From NCBI GenBank assembly GCA_051942205.1, contig JAVECO010000100.1, positions 1 through 64,000 of the forward strand: a DNA stretch of 64,000 nt, read 5' to 3'. Of this stretch, positions 62,782 through 64,000 are shown one piece after another. Source of the stretch: Coniocarpon cinnabarinum. Taxonomy: Eukaryota. A program made the position numbers and the translations under genes. Numbering within the stretch: position 1 is the stretch's first letter; each line of letters begins with the position of its first letter. The notes under the pieces were generated by a model. It worked only from the letters and a program-made list of their open reading frames with translations. It did not search any database and was not told where the DNA came from.

Positions 62782-63300
62782 GTGTCGATACTTCGCTTAC
62801 TCCAGAGACAGACACGTGCTATATTAATTGAAGACGATAATGATCTTGTCGATGATCTTGTCAATGACAATAGTACTGGTAGCGGCATTAAGAGAGCTGT
62901 ATTCAATCAGATAACCCCCTCTCCGGAGAATGTCATAGAAGCTGACACAAGAACTGAGTCACCAAGAGAGCAGACCGCCAATGATGCATTCAATCTCATT
63001 GGTGAGATTGAGGGCAACGCATATTCTCTTGACTTTGATGCTAACTTGGAAGTTACAGAGTCTCCTCAAAGAGGTCCTATTGACAAAAGACAAGAACGCC
63101 TACTCAGAGTCGACGGCAGGAGTGAAGCCGGTTCATTTCAAATTAAAGCAGCTACAAGCTTAAACAAGACCGCACATCTCACAAACACGCTCAAGAGTAC
63201 AAATGTCGAGCACTCGGTCGAACAGCCAGTGAAGACGCCTTCGCAGCTGGACCGAAACTTTTCAAGAGATTCCAAACACTGCATACTTTCCTGCAGGTAA
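62782..63300 (+). CDS. Probable exon of an unidentified multi-exon gene that may continue past the window
   Basis: 172-codon open frame with acidic, protein-like composition, ending at a CAG|GTAAGC donor near 63297. No family recognised. Confidence 0.35.
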   Translation: MSILRLLQRQTRAILIEDDNDLVDDLVNDNSTGSGIKRAVFNQITPSPENVIEADTRTESPREQTANDAFNLIGEIEGNAYSLDFDANLEVTESPQRGPIDKRQERLLRVDGRSEAGSFQIKAATSLNKTAHLTNTLKSTNVEHSVEQPVKTPSQLDRNFSRDSKHCILSCR

Positions 63301-64000
63301 GCCTCGGCCTCTTCTTTTTCTAAACAAGATTGTCATTTCCAGCGATCCCCGATGTTATTATCGAGCGTAACTGACTGGTATGCGTTGAGCGGTTGTGGAA
63401 GGAATAGAGGCTTTGCTTGGTTCCTCAGTGCGAATATGCCGCACATACAAGTCTCAAAATGCATCTCTTGCAGGAGCAAGAGCAGATGTTGCCGTAAATC
63501 ACTCTACAACAATCCGGTGGCCTTGCAAGCCAATATCGACGCGCAAATGTTTCTTGTTAAATCAATGGTCGCTGTACACGCGGACATTCCACTTCTGTGC
63601 GGTGGCACAGCATCTGGGGAGCTCACTTGCAATGATTATCAGACGGGTAGTTCCTAATGTATAAGTTATGGAGCCGTACGTTGACCCAATTGCAGTCGGG
63701 ACAGAGCTGCTTCGAACCGTAAAAAGAGGGATGCTAAAATATCATGGGACAGAATTCGAGCAAATCATAAACGTAATCCAATACAGAGATATTCGGTCAT
63801 CTCCTTCAGGACTACAGAAGGATCAGGTCTGCCTGGAATCCAGCGATCTCGAATCCAGTGGAGTTCCCAGTCCAATTGAAAGTCAAGCCGCAGTGTCCGC
63901 TTCTGGGACAAGAGGTAGCAGCCAGGTAAACCCCATGGACGCAATGAAAGATGGCAAAGCTTTTCTGCGGACTCTGGCCTTTGTCAAAAGCAATATTGAG

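Overview
Gene-dense euchromatic window from a filamentous ascomycete (Pezizomycotina; Dothideomycete-like by inference from protein style and short GT-AG introns with CTRAC branch sites). In order it carries: AAR2 (runs off the left edge and is missing from the ORF track), RAD26/CSB, the C2H2 factor Con7, DBP2, a mitochondrial PPR-like protein, RAD9 (9-1-1 clamp), a transposase-derived HTH protein, MZM1, SLT11, ERG6, a GH76, TYS1, a patatin, a Cir_N protein, SEC18, TPS1, a GH71, two membrane proteins, COQ1 and VMA12. I reconstructed the introns by hand. The most interesting unexplained signals are: (i) a highly structured ~195-nt intergenic RNA at 19.65-19.85 kb with atypical box C/D features resembling the 18S ac4C guide snR4; (ii) a tandem trio of paralogous ~120-145 aa orphan proteins at 57.3-60.0 kb, the third hidden behind an in-frame TGA; (iii) a tandem pair of orphan paralogs at 38.5-40.5 kb, where a 1-nt deletion in one copy can be rescued by a shifted splice donor; (iv) a candidate poison exon in the long DBP2 intron; (v) a DDE-less Tc1/IS630-type DNA-binding gene. 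I saw no tRNA, rRNA, CRISPR array or intact transposon. All family assignments come from recognising motifs, not from database searches.
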